64,000 bases of DNA from a virus (IMGVR_UViG_3300042892_003674); one strand, 5' to 3'; counted from the stretch's first letter, positions 23,739 to 34,615 are shown. Notes: a model not told the origin generated them from the sequence alone. A program made the numbers and translations.

Positions 23739-24629
23739 ATGAATAGATTAAACGGTAAAGTAGTATCAGAAAAAATTATCAACCAAATTAAAGAAAGTGT
23801 TGATGAACATATAAACGAATCTAAACAAAGATTAGGTTATAAAATTGCTAAACCAAGTATAGCAATCATTCTTGTTGGTAATAACCCAGCATCTGAATCA
23901 TATGTCAAAGCCAAATTAAAAGCATGTGAATCTGCTAACATCAATTATAACCTAATTAGATTTGATGAAACTATATCCGAGTATGATTTATTACTAGAAG
24001 TTAAAAACCTAAATAAATCACACCACGATGGATTCATAGTTCAACTACCTCTACCCAATCATATCAGACCCGAACCAATTATCAATGAAATAAGTGCTTA
24101 CAAAGATATTGATGGATTCCATCCACTTAACTTTGGTAAAATGGCACTAGGTCAAAAATCAATGAGACCAGCTACTGCTTATGGTGTTCTGAAACTTCTA
24201 GAACATTACCAAATTGAAACTAAAGGAAAGCATGTCGTTGTTATAGGGAAATCAAATCACGTTGGTAAACCTATCGCTATTATGCTTGCCAATGATTTTA
24301 ATATTGGAAGATCAACAGTAACCACCTGTGATATCAATACTCCTAAGTCACTTCTAAAAGAAGAGTGTTTAAAAGCAGATATTGTTATTGTAGCAGTTGG
24401 TAAACCTTGCTTAGTAACCGCAGATATGATTAAAGAAGGTGCAGTTGTTATTGATGTCGGTATCAATAAATTAGCCAATGGCAAATTAGTAGGTGACTGT
24501 GATTATGATGAAATTGTAAAGAAAGCTAAGATAACTCCAGTACCAGGAGGTGTTGGACCAATGACTATATCTGGACTGATTCTAAATACGTTTGAAGCAT
24601 GGAAAATGAAAAACTTTATAAGTAAGTAA
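23739..24629 (+). CDS. folD: methylene-THF dehydrogenase/cyclohydrolase
   Basis: ASESYVKAK, IVQLPLP, KDIDGFHP, VIGKSNHVGKP, VIDVGIN, ITPVPGGVGPMTI. Confidence 0.97.
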   Translation: MNRLNGKVVSEKIINQIKESVDEHINESKQRLGYKIAKPSIAIILVGNNPASESYVKAKLKACESANINYNLIRFDETISEYDLLLEVKNLNKSHHDGFIVQLPLPNHIRPEPIINEISAYKDIDGFHPLNFGKMALGQKSMRPATAYGVLKLLEHYQIETKGKHVVVIGKSNHVGKPIAIMLANDFNIGRSTVTTCDINTPKSLLKEECLKADIVIVAVGKPCLVTADMIKEGAVVIDVGINKLANGKLVGDCDYDEIVKKAKITPVPGGVGPMTISGLILNTFEAWKMKNFISK

Positions 24630-25349
24630 ATGAACGACTACCAAAAGATTTTTGAAAAAAGAGCAAATGATTATCATTATGCGATGCAGAAATATCCAGA
24701 TGTTCGTGCTTATGAATTTGAAAGTTTAATCTCTAGTACCAACCTTTCAAACATTAAGAACGTTTTAGATATTCCATCTGGTGGTGGGTATTTAAAAAAA
24801 TATCTTCCTAAGAATATTGAACTTATCTCAGCGGACTTTTCAGAAGGGTTTACAAATGAAAACATACAACTTGCAAACCCTACACAATTTACATATCCTG
24901 ATAATTCATTTGACTTAGTTCTTTCTTTAAGTGGACTACATCATTTGAATGATGTTCCTAAATTTGTAAACGAATGTTTGAGAGTTTTGAAACAAAATGG
25001 TTCATTCATCTTCTCTGATGTTAAAAAAGATACCGCAGTTGATTTTTTCTTAAATGAGTTTGTCGATAAATATAGTTCATTAGGTCATAATGGAATTTTC
25101 TTCACAGAGAATTCATTTAATGATCTTCCATTATTACAACAAAAGATTATAAGAACACAATATAACCAGTATCCTTTCGTGTTTAAAGATAAATCTGAAA
25201 TGCTTTGTTTCTTTTCTTATTTCTTTGGGTTAGATAAAGCCAATGAAGATATTATCTATGATGGGATTCGTGATATATTAGGAATAAAATCTACTGAAAA
25301 TGGACTTGAAGTAGATTGGGGTTTGATACAATTTGAATTTAAAAAGTAA
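24630..25349 (+). CDS. class I SAM-dependent methyltransferase
   Basis: VLDIPSGGGY, DNSFDLV, LHH, RVLKQNG. Confidence 0.85.
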   Translation: MNDYQKIFEKRANDYHYAMQKYPDVRAYEFESLISSTNLSNIKNVLDIPSGGGYLKKYLPKNIELISADFSEGFTNENIQLANPTQFTYPDNSFDLVLSLSGLHHLNDVPKFVNECLRVLKQNGSFIFSDVKKDTAVDFFLNEFVDKYSSLGHNGIFFTENSFNDLPLLQQKIIRTQYNQYPFVFKDKSEMLCFFSYFFGLDKANEDIIYDGIRDILGIKSTENGLEVDWGLIQFEFKK

Positions 25350-25354
25350 GAAAT

Positions 25355-26249
25355 ATGAATAAAACTTATCTTAGACTTAAAAGAGATATATCAATACTAG
25401 TAGCTGATGGGAACTGGTCACTAAACACTGGTGATATGATTGTATTACAAAAAATTGGAACCAGAAGTGAGATTAAACGCCATGAATATAAACCAAGTGA
25501 ATATATTCATAGTGATAGTTACCTACTAACAGGATTTGAATATAGAACTATTAAAGATATTAAAAGTGCCGAATATCATACAGTTTGGAATGAATGTAAC
25601 TCAGTTGATACTTTAATAACAATATCTACAGGTAAACCTTTATATCATAGTAGAACTTGCACATATTCAGAAATTATATCTAATAATAAATTAAATATTA
25701 CCATAGTAGATAATATTAGACTTGAAGATGTATTTGATGATGTATCAATACAATATAATAGACATAATAAAATAAAAGAATTATTTATATGATAGACATA
25801 GTAATACCCGTAAAAGACTTCTATAGAAATATACCCGGTCAAGGCAAAGTAAAGGAACTAACAAAAGGTAAACAATATGAATGTAGGATAGAAACATTAG
25901 GTAATAAAAGCTTCTTTCTTAGAACCGACTTAGGTGATATGAAAATGTATAGTAAGAAAAATATGTTTATCACAAAGTCAATGTCAAGAGATAATAAGTT
26001 AAGAGAATTGGGAATATGAGACTAATATGTATTGATCATATTACCGATGTTCTTAATTTTGGTAATGGTGAACCCGAACTAACGTATGGTAAAGAATATG
26101 AAGTCACTAGATGGTTTGACAAACATGAAGATGGTAGACAGTTTATTGGAATAATAAATGATTCTGGTAAAATAAATGAGTACTTGATAACAAGATTCGT
26201 AACCAAAGAAAAATGGAGAGATAAACAAATAAATAAGATTATACTATAA
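25355..26249 (+). other. three family B tagged ORFs
   Basis: RHNKIKELFI, RDNKLRELGI, WRDKQINKIIL. Confidence 0.75.
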
Positions 26250-26264
26250 TAAATAAAAACCACT

Positions 26265-26708
26265 ATGAAAATATCTATAGGTTGCGACCACGCAGCATAC
26301 GAACTTAAAGAAAAGGTTAAACAATATTTAACCACCAAAAATATCGAAGTAAATGACTTTGGTTGTCACTCAGAAGAACGATGTGATTATCCCGACTTCG
26401 CTCACGCAGTTGCCCAAGATGTTACCAATGAAAATTGTGATTTCGGTATCTTAATATGTGGTTCAGGTAATGGTATCAGTATGACCGCCAATAAATGGTC
26501 TGGTATTAGATCGGCAATTTGTTGGACTGCAGAGATAGCTAATTTAGCTAGATTACATAATGATGCGAATATACTTACACTACCAGGTAGATTCATCTCA
26601 GATGATGAAGCTTTCAAATGTGTAGATGAATTCATCGAAACAGGGTTTGAAGGTGGTAGACACTCAGATAGGGTTTGTAAAATTGATAAGATAAAAAAAG
26701 AAGTGTAG
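26265..26708 (+). CDS. rpiB: ribose-5-phosphate isomerase B
   Basis: IGCDHAA, DYPDFA, GILICGSGNGISMTANK, ARLHNDANIL, FEGGRH. Confidence 0.96.
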   Translation: MKISIGCDHAAYELKEKVKQYLTTKNIEVNDFGCHSEERCDYPDFAHAVAQDVTNENCDFGILICGSGNGISMTANKWSGIRSAICWTAEIANLARLHNDANILTLPGRFISDDEAFKCVDEFIETGFEGGRHSDRVCKIDKIKKEV

Positions 26709-26729
26709 TTTTGACCACACTTCTTTTTT
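26694..26729. terminator. bidirectional terminator
   Basis: aaaaaagaagtgt...acacttctttttt. Confidence 0.75.
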
Positions 26730-26730
26730 A

Positions 26731-26919
26731 TTATCTAAAGTCTTTGAAACTTTTAATAATTCTTGTTGATTGGTTTTCCATGATTTCACTATCCATATCA
26801 TGATTCATACCATTACACATTTGCATTAGTTCAGCATCTGAACAAACTTCTAAGTCTTGCATCTCATGTCCCATATTACATAACATATTACACATTTCTT
26901 TTCTTGACATATTCTCCAT
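26731..26919 (-). CDS. Met/Cys-rich small protein
   Basis: ATATATAA upstream; ends IIKSFKDFR. Confidence 0.55.
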   Translation of the reverse strand: MENMSRKEMCNMLCNMGHEMQDLEVCSDAELMQMCNGMNHDMDSEIMENQSTRIIKSFKDFR

Positions 26920-27004
26920 TTGATTAATATTTTTTTATTTTTATATATTAAATTTTTTTTATATAAAATAATACTTATCTTTGTACAAATATAATCATTC
27001 AACT

Positions 27005-27361
27005 ATGAAGAAAATCTTAACATTACTTATCCTATTACTATCACTTACTACATTCTCACAAGTAACAGTAAGTAAAATCAATTGTCAAAGAGCATTAGGT
27101 AGAACCATTGGTTACCACCTTGTACTCAAAAATAACTCCACTAAAACTATAGATGCCGTAGAATGGACCGCAACATTCACTGATAAGTTTGGTGATGTCA
27201 AAGAAATTAAGAAAGGTGAACTATGGTCTTCTGGTAATACTCTAACCATAGATACCAGTAAACCTATTGAACCAGGTAAAGAATTACAAGTAACAATGAG
27301 TTCACTTGTAAAAGGAGCTACTGATGTCGAAATTAAAATAACAAGAATACATTACCTATAA
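27005..27361 (+). CDS. secreted Ig-like hypothetical protein
   Basis: Signal MKKILTLLILLLSLTTFSQ; LKNNSTKTI..FTDKFGD. Confidence 0.65.
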   Translation: MKKILTLLILLLSLTTFSQVTVSKINCQRALGRTIGYHLVLKNNSTKTIDAVEWTATFTDKFGDVKEIKKGELWSSGNTLTIDTSKPIEPGKELQVTMSSLVKGATDVEIKITRIHYL

Positions 27362-27382
27362 TAAATAAATAAAACAAATAAT

Positions 27383-27628
27383 ATGAAATTTTTAGAAAAC
27401 GGAGCAACCTTAAACAAAGGTTATTACAACGCATTAAAATTAAGGTATCAGTCTCAAATGGCTGAAGCCAAAGCTAACTTAGACCTTTACTTTAGTAATA
27501 CTAACCTAGCTGCAATTGGAGAACACTCTGACCTATTAGCAGAACATGATAGATGGGTAGAAGTTTATACCAATGCAAAAGATAAATTAGAAACTATCGA
27601 ATCACTTTACGGTGTCTTAGTAGACTAA
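27383..27628 (+). CDS. helical phage hypothetical protein
   Basis: AIGEHSDL..AKDKLE motif. Confidence 0.65.
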   Translation: MKFLENGATLNKGYYNALKLRYQSQMAEAKANLDLYFSNTNLAAIGEHSDLLAEHDRWVEVYTNAKDKLETIESLYGVLVD

Positions 27629-27654
27629 TGAAATAAACTGATATAATTATAAGA

Positions 27655-27682
27655 TGTGTAAAAAACGAACGGATTTTACACA
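27655..27682. repeat. 28-bp palindromic site, copy 1
   Basis: TGTGTAAAAAA-CGAACG-GATTTTACACA. Confidence 0.75.
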
Positions 27683-27731
27683 TCTTTCTTTTTTATCATA
27701 AACAGGAAATATAGTAATAAATATATACTTC

Positions 27732-28997
27732 ATGCCAACTAGTAGACCATTCGCTTATAACCCATCACAAACATTTATACCAGGTATAGAATTATACGGT
27801 GCATTATCTGTTGGACCAGTTGGGTCTGGTAAAATCACTGGACTAACTACTTGGAATGGTCCTGATGAAGATTTAGGATATGTTATTGCAAAAGTAGTAC
27901 CGGGTAATAGTCAACCTACACCAATAGCAGGAGTCTCGGCATCTGTAGGGTTTTATAGATCATCAACTTTTACGGAAGAAGCATTCCTTTTAATTGCAAA
28001 TAGAGGAATAGGACTCAATTATTCAGATGGTTCATTAGCAAGTAATTATCTATTATCAAATGGTTATTGGACTAATTATCCAACAGATGATCCAGATGCA
28101 CTTATATACATGAATGCATTGAATTCAGTAGGTGGTAATTCTACTTTTTTTTATGATCCATCTATTATAAATCAATTATTTATAGGTTTAAAGACAGCGG
28201 GTCTTTATGATAAAATGGAAGCTTTTTATCCAATGATGGGTAATTCGGGATTGTCACAAAGACTTAATGCAAAATCTGTTGGTGGTGTAAGACAGTCAGG
28301 ATTTGATTTATTCTTTAGTGGTGGATGGAACTTTAACTATTATTCTAATGGCCCATATACTGCGAGGGGTAATGGGTTTAATACACTTATATCCGTGAAT
28401 AAACAATATACTACTCTAGCATCACTTAAAGATACACATTTTGCAGTATATGGAAATGATCTTGGATATCCTACAGGAGGAGGTGATACTGCAGCAGCAG
28501 ATGTTTTTGCAGTTGATTTATACACAACTAATGGTATAGAGTATCGTTTTGTTGAGATGAGATTAGCGAATTCTACGAATCCATTTTTTAATGAACCCAG
28601 AACTTATGATAGTACATATGATTATCCAGGGAACATACTTCCACAGGCAGGTCCAGTAATTAATACTAATGGAACTTCAACTCGTAACTCATTTGCAATA
28701 ATGAGTTACGACAACATTTTAGATAATGGTACTAATAATTTTAGTATAAATGGATCTCCTTACACTAACTATAATTTCGATCCGGCAGATACAGTTCCGA
28801 GTGATCCGGCAGATACAACATACGGAGCAGAACTAACTTTTGGATATTACTATGATTGGTATCATGGTCAACAATTTTATACTGGAGCAGCATATGGTTG
28901 GCTAGGTTTTGGTACATCATTAGATGCGACTGAACAATCTAACTATCAATCAATTGTAAATACCTTTATGCAAGGAACTGGAAAAAGTACTTATTAA
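27732..28997 (+). CDS. putative virion structural/accessory protein
   Basis: G/S/T/N-rich, RPFAYNP..WNGPDEDLGYVIA N-module; AATATATAC upstream. Confidence 0.6.
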   Translation: MPTSRPFAYNPSQTFIPGIELYGALSVGPVGSGKITGLTTWNGPDEDLGYVIAKVVPGNSQPTPIAGVSASVGFYRSSTFTEEAFLLIANRGIGLNYSDGSLASNYLLSNGYWTNYPTDDPDALIYMNALNSVGGNSTFFYDPSIINQLFIGLKTAGLYDKMEAFYPMMGNSGLSQRLNAKSVGGVRQSGFDLFFSGGWNFNYYSNGPYTARGNGFNTLISVNKQYTTLASLKDTHFAVYGNDLGYPTGGGDTAAADVFAVDLYTTNGIEYRFVEMRLANSTNPFFNEPRTYDSTYDYPGNILPQAGPVINTNGTSTRNSFAIMSYDNILDNGTNNFSINGSPYTNYNFDPADTVPSDPADTTYGAELTFGYYYDWYHGQQFYTGAAYGWLGFGTSLDATEQSNYQSIVNTFMQGTGKSTY

Positions 28998-28999
28998 AT

Positions 29000-29248
29000 A
29001 TGAAAATAGCATTTATAACACTCGAACAAATGGATCTACTAAATAAACAAGAATTTACAAGTGCTTGTTTATTTAATCCAATTCAAATAGCAACACAGTC
29101 TACAACTTCTGCAGCATTCATATCAGAGCAGGAAGTAATCAATTGTGATAATCCTGAATTTTCATGGGTTAAAGACTTAGAGATAACAGAGATAACAGAC
29201 TTATCTACTATTAGACCTATACCAGTTACTACAATTAAGATACGATAA
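29000..29248 (+). CDS. small partner of 27732 protein
   Basis: Coupled ORF, FNPIQ..FISEQE..FSWVKDL. Confidence 0.6.
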   Translation: MKIAFITLEQMDLLNKQEFTSACLFNPIQIATQSTTSAAFISEQEVINCDNPEFSWVKDLEITEITDLSTIRPIPVTTIKIR

Positions 29249-29264
29249 AAATTTTTATAGAACT

Positions 29265-29891
29265 TTATGTCATAAAGTATTCAGACTTAATATAAATAGA
29301 TATACCTGCAATCTGTTTATCATCTTCTATTTCATCATTTAAGATTTGATCAACTTTAATCTTTTCATTAGTTGATCCAGATTCAACTCCCGTATCATAA
29401 CTAACAAATGATATACCTCTTTGATTATGACCCTTTGGATTATCTTGTATCTTAAAATCTTTTACTAAGTAATAAAAGAATGGTATTAAATGATTCTTTA
29501 CAGAAGACCAACTAAAGTAATCTCTTTGACCACTTTGATTAAATCCATCTAACCCAATATAAACAAAGAAAGCATCTGGTACATTACGAACAATCCTTAC
29601 AATAAAACCATCATCTTTTAAGTAAGCTAGATTATTATCACATATTTCTTGTATAGCTTCTTTCTGCTGTTCGTTATTATCAAACCTTGGTTTAGTATTT
29701 CTTTCTTCAATCATTTTCTTTAAAGCCAAGTAATATGGATTACTTACTTTATCTGATAACTCAATGGCTTTATTGATATATTCTAACGCTCTATCATTAT
29801 TCAAATGATTATTGAAATAATGAAGAGCTGAACTATAATAGTCAGTATCACTACCAGTAGAACTTTCATTGAATGGTTTTAAGTATTTCAT
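29265..29891 (-). CDS. family A protein with TPR-like insert (start revised to 29891)
   Basis: MKYLKPFNES; ALEYINKAIEL; ICDNNLAYLKDDG..WSSVKNHLIPFF. Confidence 0.8.
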   Translation of the reverse strand: MKYLKPFNESSTGSDTDYYSSALHYFNNHLNNDRALEYINKAIELSDKVSNPYYLALKKMIEERNTKPRFDNNEQQKEAIQEICDNNLAYLKDDGFIVRIVRNVPDAFFVYIGLDGFNQSGQRDYFSWSSVKNHLIPFFYYLVKDFKIQDNPKGHNQRGISFVSYDTGVESGSTNEKIKVDQILNDEIEDDKQIAGISIYIKSEYFMT

Positions 29892-29904
29892 ATTTATATT
29901 CTTT

Positions 29905-30315
29905 TTATTCTTCTTCAACTATTACTAATATACGACTAATCAATACACCCGGTACTATACCACCATCAATAACCTGTTCAAAAGATAACCTAGTACTAGA
30001 TTTCCCTACGTTAAAATAATCTACCACACACTCAATAACCTCATACTGATTTGATAATCTTTGTAAAAATGGTATGAAATGATCCTCAATATCTGACAAT
30101 TCAAAAAAATCTGTTCTACCTGCAATCCATCTATAAAAATGAATTAAATGACCCGGTTTATGTCCAGGTGAAACAGAAGGTAAATTATCCCTACGTGTTA
30201 TCATTACCTTATAATCATCATCCAATAGATAAGCTAGATTCCACTCACAAAAATCTTTTAAATCGTCTTTAACTGATTCAACAATCAAAGAACTATATTT
30301 CTTAATGTATTTCAT
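29905..30315 (-). CDS. family A protein
   Basis: DFCEWNLAYLLDD..DHFIPFL. Confidence 0.85.
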   Translation of the reverse strand: MKYIKKYSSLIVESVKDDLKDFCEWNLAYLLDDDYKVMITRRDNLPSVSPGHKPGHLIHFYRWIAGRTDFFELSDIEDHFIPFLQRLSNQYEVIECVVDYFNVGKSSTRLSFEQVIDGGIVPGVLISRILVIVEEE

Positions 30316-30346
30316 AAAGTATATATAAAAAATAATATATAGATCT

Positions 30347-30559
30347 ATGAGATATTTAAAACACTATGAATCTAAATCTGAGATAAAATCTGAGTTACAA
30401 GATAATAATGATTACCAAATGGTATCAGGTATCATAGACATTCTAAAGAAAGTAAAAGATAAAACGAATAGAATGGAAATAGCAGATGATATGGTTAAAC
30501 AATTCAAAAGGGAGAAGATTAAGTTTGACTATAAAAAATTTCTTGATGAATTACAATGA
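30347..30559 (+). CDS. small protein with family A leader only
   Basis: MRYLKHYES. Confidence 0.7.
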   Translation: MRYLKHYESKSEIKSELQDNNDYQMVSGIIDILKKVKDKTNRMEIADDMVKQFKREKIKFDYKKFLDELQ

Positions 30560-31074
30560 GACACCTTAAACGATTTAACGAAGATATGGATAACCATGAA
30601 CAATTATTCAAAGATGAACTAAAAGACTTCTGTGAGACTAATTTAGCGTACCTATTAGATGAAGAATTAGAAGTAAGAGTACTATTTGGAGCAGTCGGTT
30701 ATAGACTTCTAATAGAATTAAATCAAAACCCTCAACTATGGTCTGATATAAAAGATCATATGATTCCTTTCTTAACTAGATTATCGAATCAATATGAACT
30801 TCGATCATTTCCTATCAATAATAGGAAAAATGTAACAATAGAAGTAACACGTGATTTAGAAGCCGCTAGACAAAACTGGCCTCATCGTAAAACATCCGTA
30901 TTCTACGAAGTACCGAGACTAATCAATGATGATACAAAATCAGGTCTTACCTATGATAGAGGCACTGATGATATTCTAGAATCTTATATAACAGAATTTG
31001 AGTTTCTAATTGATGGTTATAAAAAAGAACCTAAGAAAGATATTCTAACCAAAATAAAATCATTTTTCAAATGA
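30556..31074 (+). CDS. family A protein
   Basis: MRHLKRFNE; DFCETNLAYLLDE; ends KIKSFFK. Confidence 0.85.
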   Translation: MRHLKRFNEDMDNHEQLFKDELKDFCETNLAYLLDEELEVRVLFGAVGYRLLIELNQNPQLWSDIKDHMIPFLTRLSNQYELRSFPINNRKNVTIEVTRDLEAARQNWPHRKTSVFYEVPRLINDDTKSGLTYDRGTDDILESYITEFEFLIDGYKKEPKKDILTKIKSFFK

Positions 31075-31556
31075 GATACTTAAAATCATTTAACGAAGAT
31101 ATAACCTCTTTTAACTTTGAAGAAGAACTAAAAGACTTCTGTGATAACAACCTAGCTTATCTATTAGATGAAGGTGCAGAAATACAAATAGTAGAACAAC
31201 CAGGTGGTCACCAAGGTCTTCACCTTATTAGAATACTATTAGATCAATCTAAACCTTGGAATGAAATAAAAGATCATATGATTCCTTTTCTAACTAGATT
31301 ACAGAATCAATACGAAATAACTGATGAGGTTTATAAAGAACTGACTAATGATACAGGAGATATAAGACTTTATATTGCCTTTGAAGATGATTCGACCCGT
31401 AGATATAGATCTTTTATAACTAATCTAGTTAAAAACTTAATAGCGGATAACCATGCTTGGCCTAATGCTAGAATAGCTGATATACGTTTATATGTGAAAG
31501 GTTATAAACAAGAAAAGAAATCATTCATATCTAAAATAAAATCATTCTTTAAATAA
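31071..31556 (+). CDS. family A protein (tandem duplicate of 30556)
   Basis: Shares IKDHMIPFLTRL and KIKSFFK. Confidence 0.85.
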   Translation: MRYLKSFNEDITSFNFEEELKDFCDNNLAYLLDEGAEIQIVEQPGGHQGLHLIRILLDQSKPWNEIKDHMIPFLTRLQNQYEITDEVYKELTNDTGDIRLYIAFEDDSTRRYRSFITNLVKNLIADNHAWPNARIADIRLYVKGYKQEKKSFISKIKSFFK

Positions 31557-32047
31557 TGAGATATATTAAACCATTCAATGAAGCCAAAGATAATTGGTTC
31601 AATATAAAAGCTTCTGACGTATTAGATTTCGCTAATAACTCTCATCTAGTTTACCTATTAGACAAAGGATATACAATCGATGTTAGAAGACCATCAGGTG
31701 GTACTCACGATAATAACGACCTGTTAAGTGATAGATCTTATATTAGAATTATCAATTTAGAAGGTACGACTAGATCAATATCAAAACCTTGGTCTGAGAT
31801 AAAAGATTACTTCATACCATTTTTAAACAGATTTGTAAATCAATTTGGTTTATTATCCAATATAGAAATTGAAATGGGGTTAAGCTCACCTGAAACACTT
31901 GATGGATTTGGCAATCGTAGTGTTACACCTAAAACATTTACATTAGATGATGTATTAAATGATAAAACTACTAACTTTGAAAATCGGTTGTTAAAGATAG
32001 GAAGAACTGGTATGACAGAAGTAAATTGGATTAAAATAAAAAGATAA
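31556..32047 (+). CDS. family A protein
   Basis: MRYIKPFNE; LVYLLDKG; WSEIKDYFIPFL. Confidence 0.85.
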   Translation: MRYIKPFNEAKDNWFNIKASDVLDFANNSHLVYLLDKGYTIDVRRPSGGTHDNNDLLSDRSYIRIINLEGTTRSISKPWSEIKDYFIPFLNRFVNQFGLLSNIEIEMGLSSPETLDGFGNRSVTPKTFTLDDVLNDKTTNFENRLLKIGRTGMTEVNWIKIKR

Positions 32048-32073
32048 TATGGTTTTCTCTATTAGAAAGTAAC

Positions 32074-32505
32074 TTATATCTTATCTACTATCTTTATATT
32101 TATTCCCCAAATAGGATAATCTAAACCGGTTTTATCATTTATCACTTGGTCTAATGATAAATATCTTAATCCACTTGTAGTATTAAAACAAACGTAAATG
32201 TGAGCAGTATCATCTAAATAAGGTAGTAACTCATATCTTCTTTGTAACATCTGTAAAAATGGTATGTAGTAATCTTTTACATCATTCCAATTGAATTTTT
32301 GATAACCTACTGCATAGTTTTCTTCAGGTAAACCTAAACTTACGATTATATGGTTCCTCCCTGGATACTTTACTTGATCTCTTATAGATAAACTAACATT
32401 ATATCCATCATCTAATAGATAAGCGAGTGAAGTCTCACAGAAGTCTTTTAACTCGTCAACCTCATCTGATTGTAAACTTTCATTAAACTTTTTTAAATGT
32501 TTCAT
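32074..32505 (-). CDS. family A protein
   Basis: MKHLKKFNES; DFCETSLAYLLDDG. Confidence 0.85.
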   Translation of the reverse strand: MKHLKKFNESLQSDEVDELKDFCETSLAYLLDDGYNVSLSIRDQVKYPGRNHIIVSLGLPEENYAVGYQKFNWNDVKDYYIPFLQMLQRRYELLPYLDDTAHIYVCFNTTSGLRYLSLDQVINDKTGLDYPIWGINIKIVDKI

Positions 32506-32627
32506 ATAATGTATATATTATAAAATAAAATTACTTATCTTTGTAGAAGTCATGTGCTGGAATGGTGTCCTGACTACAAGCAGGTGGGTTGTGAGTGACT
32601 TCCCGGAAGTATGGAACTCTCATTTTT

Positions 32628-32729
32628 AGTCAGGTGGTGAAATTGGCAACCACAGCATGTAAATCCCCGGGTATTGTGTTGAAAACTTACGAGTGATTAG
32701 ATATACAGGTTCGAATCCTGTCCTGACTA
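32628..32729 (+). tRNA. tRNA-like RNA, anticodon undetermined
   Basis: Acceptor AGTCAGG/CCTGACT+A, D arm GTG-AAATTGGCAAC-CAC, T arm ACAGG-TTCGAAT-CCTGT; irregular ~50-nt centre. Confidence 0.7.
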
Positions 32730-32743
32730 CTAAATAATAAATA

Positions 32744-33305
32744 ATGAACGTAGGTGATATAGTAAAGATTAAAAGTATTCCAGGTTCAAGAGATATTATA
32801 AAGTTTATTGGTAATAATGCAAAACATTTTATATATCTTGAGAATAGTTCATATCCATTCTTTGTATCTGAACTAGAACTTCACGAAGATCAAATAAAGC
32901 TTAATAATAGAGAAATTAAACTAAATCAAATAGGAATATAAAATGAATAAGGAAGAATTAAAAACAGTGATTGGTTCACTAATGTCAGACCTCAGAGGAA
33001 ACTGGGGCTATGATTATATTGAAAGAATGAGATTACTTATTGAACTATTAAATGAATTGAAATCATTAGATCCTGAACTCCAATCTGATTGTGATAACTT
33101 AATTAGTCATACAGAAGGTGAGATTGAAGATCCATATGATGGTAGAACTTTTAGAGGTGCATTTCTTTATGGATATGCAAGCGAAGAAGGTTGTACCAGA
33201 GAAGTACACACATATTTAGAAAGAGTTTTAACACACCCTGAATATAATAACATTAAAGTAAATATTTCTACAGAAAGAGACGAAAAACTAAATCAAATAC
33301 TATGA
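32744..33305 (+). other. two family B tagged ORFs
   Basis: REIKLNQIGI; RDEKLNQIL. Confidence 0.7.
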
Positions 33306-33510
33306 TAAAAAGTAAATGTTGTAATTCGACTGAACTAATCGAACCCGATTGGGATAAGGCAGAAGAAATGGGTAGTATGTGGAGAGCTTATGTTTGCTAT
33401 ATATGCAAAAAGTGTGGTAAAGTATGTGATGTACAAACCGATAAATAAAAATCAAATTAAGATTAGGTTATTCAATTTTTATACCTATCTTTGTAAAACA
33501 AAATCAAAAT

Positions 33511-33726
33511 ATGAGTAACTACTTTAAATCCGTACGTGACAACATCTTTATCTATATAGCTTATATGATAATAGTCGCTTTCCTATTATTTATCTCAATT
33601 GAAATGCTAAGACTAGCTAGACCTCTTAAAATTATAGGAATTCTAGGAACATTAGGTTCAATATGGGCAATCTTCAAATATCCAGACTTTCAAAAATACT
33701 TAACAACAAATAAAACAAAAAAATAA
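33511..33726 (+). CDS. two-TM membrane protein coupled to SPFH gene
   Basis: Two hydrophobic helices; promoter at 33486. Confidence 0.65.
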   Translation: MSNYFKSVRDNIFIYIAYMIIVAFLLFISIEMLRLARPLKIIGILGTLGSIWAIFKYPDFQKYLTTNKTKK

Positions 33727-34556
33727 TGAACTTAACATTTACAGGAATTTTAAAAATTTTAGCAGGACTCGGCCTTGTAATTACTCTCGCCATCTTTGTA
33801 TTTAGTGGTAAAACAATCAAACCCGGAGAAGAAGGGTTCCTCTTCGATAGCTTCGGCGGTGGTATCGATAAAACTATGACCTATAGTGAAGGGTATACAC
33901 CATACCTACCTTGGAAAGAAATGATTACCTACAACGTGCAGTATAAATCATATAAGTATACCGCCAAAGTACTCGATAAAGACGGAACCGAAGTAACCGT
34001 ATCCGTAACCGTGTCTGCGGCTTTACTAAGAGGTAAATCACCATTCATACACCTTAAACACGGTCCAGGCTATGAAGCTAGTGTAATTGATGTACAATCA
34101 TCCGGGGCTATTAAAGATGCTATTGGTAGATATGGATACGAACAAATATATGGAGCTAAACGTGAAAATGTAGAAAGTGAAATCGAAACAAGTATTAGAA
34201 CCTCACTAGCTAAAGAAAATATTCACGTTGCTTTCGCAGAGGTTACCGATGTTGATTTACCTGGTGCCATTGCTTCCGCTATTATCGCTAAACAAGAACA
34301 AGAACAACTTAACTTGAAAGCAGAGAAATTAAAAGCATATGAAACAAATATTGCAGCATCTACTGTAGAAGCAGCTAGAGGACGTTTTGAAACGGCTGAA
34401 TATGATACTAAAGCTAAAGCACTTATGTCTCAACCAGCAATCTTGAGATTGAAAGAACTTGAAATTGAAGAGAAGTGGGCCGATAAAGGAGTTTCTCGAT
34501 ATGGTAATAACAACGTCTTTGGTGCAGGAACAACTGTCATAAAAGGATTAAAATAA
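33726..34556 (+). CDS. SPFH/Band 7 (prohibitin-like) membrane protein
   Basis: N-terminal TM, IKPGEEG, VLDKDG, VTDVDLP..IASAI..KQ, LRLKELE..EKW. Confidence 0.88.
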   Translation: MNLTFTGILKILAGLGLVITLAIFVFSGKTIKPGEEGFLFDSFGGGIDKTMTYSEGYTPYLPWKEMITYNVQYKSYKYTAKVLDKDGTEVTVSVTVSAALLRGKSPFIHLKHGPGYEASVIDVQSSGAIKDAIGRYGYEQIYGAKRENVESEIETSIRTSLAKENIHVAFAEVTDVDLPGAIASAIIAKQEQEQLNLKAEKLKAYETNIAASTVEAARGRFETAEYDTKAKALMSQPAILRLKELEIEEKWADKGVSRYGNNNVFGAGTTVIKGLK

Positions 34557-34558
34557 TA

Positions 34559-34584
34559 AAAGAGGGTCTTATGACCCTCTCTTT
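34559..34584 (+). terminator. intrinsic terminator
   Basis: agagggtc-ttat-gaccctct-cttt. Confidence 0.75.
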
Positions 34585-34615
34585 AGTTAAATAACAATTA
34601 TAAAAATTATAAATT

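Noticed and set aside
32628-32729. Assignment as tRNA-Leu or tRNA-Ser
   Set aside because: The D arm resembles class II tRNAs, but no canonical anticodon stem-loop could be placed.
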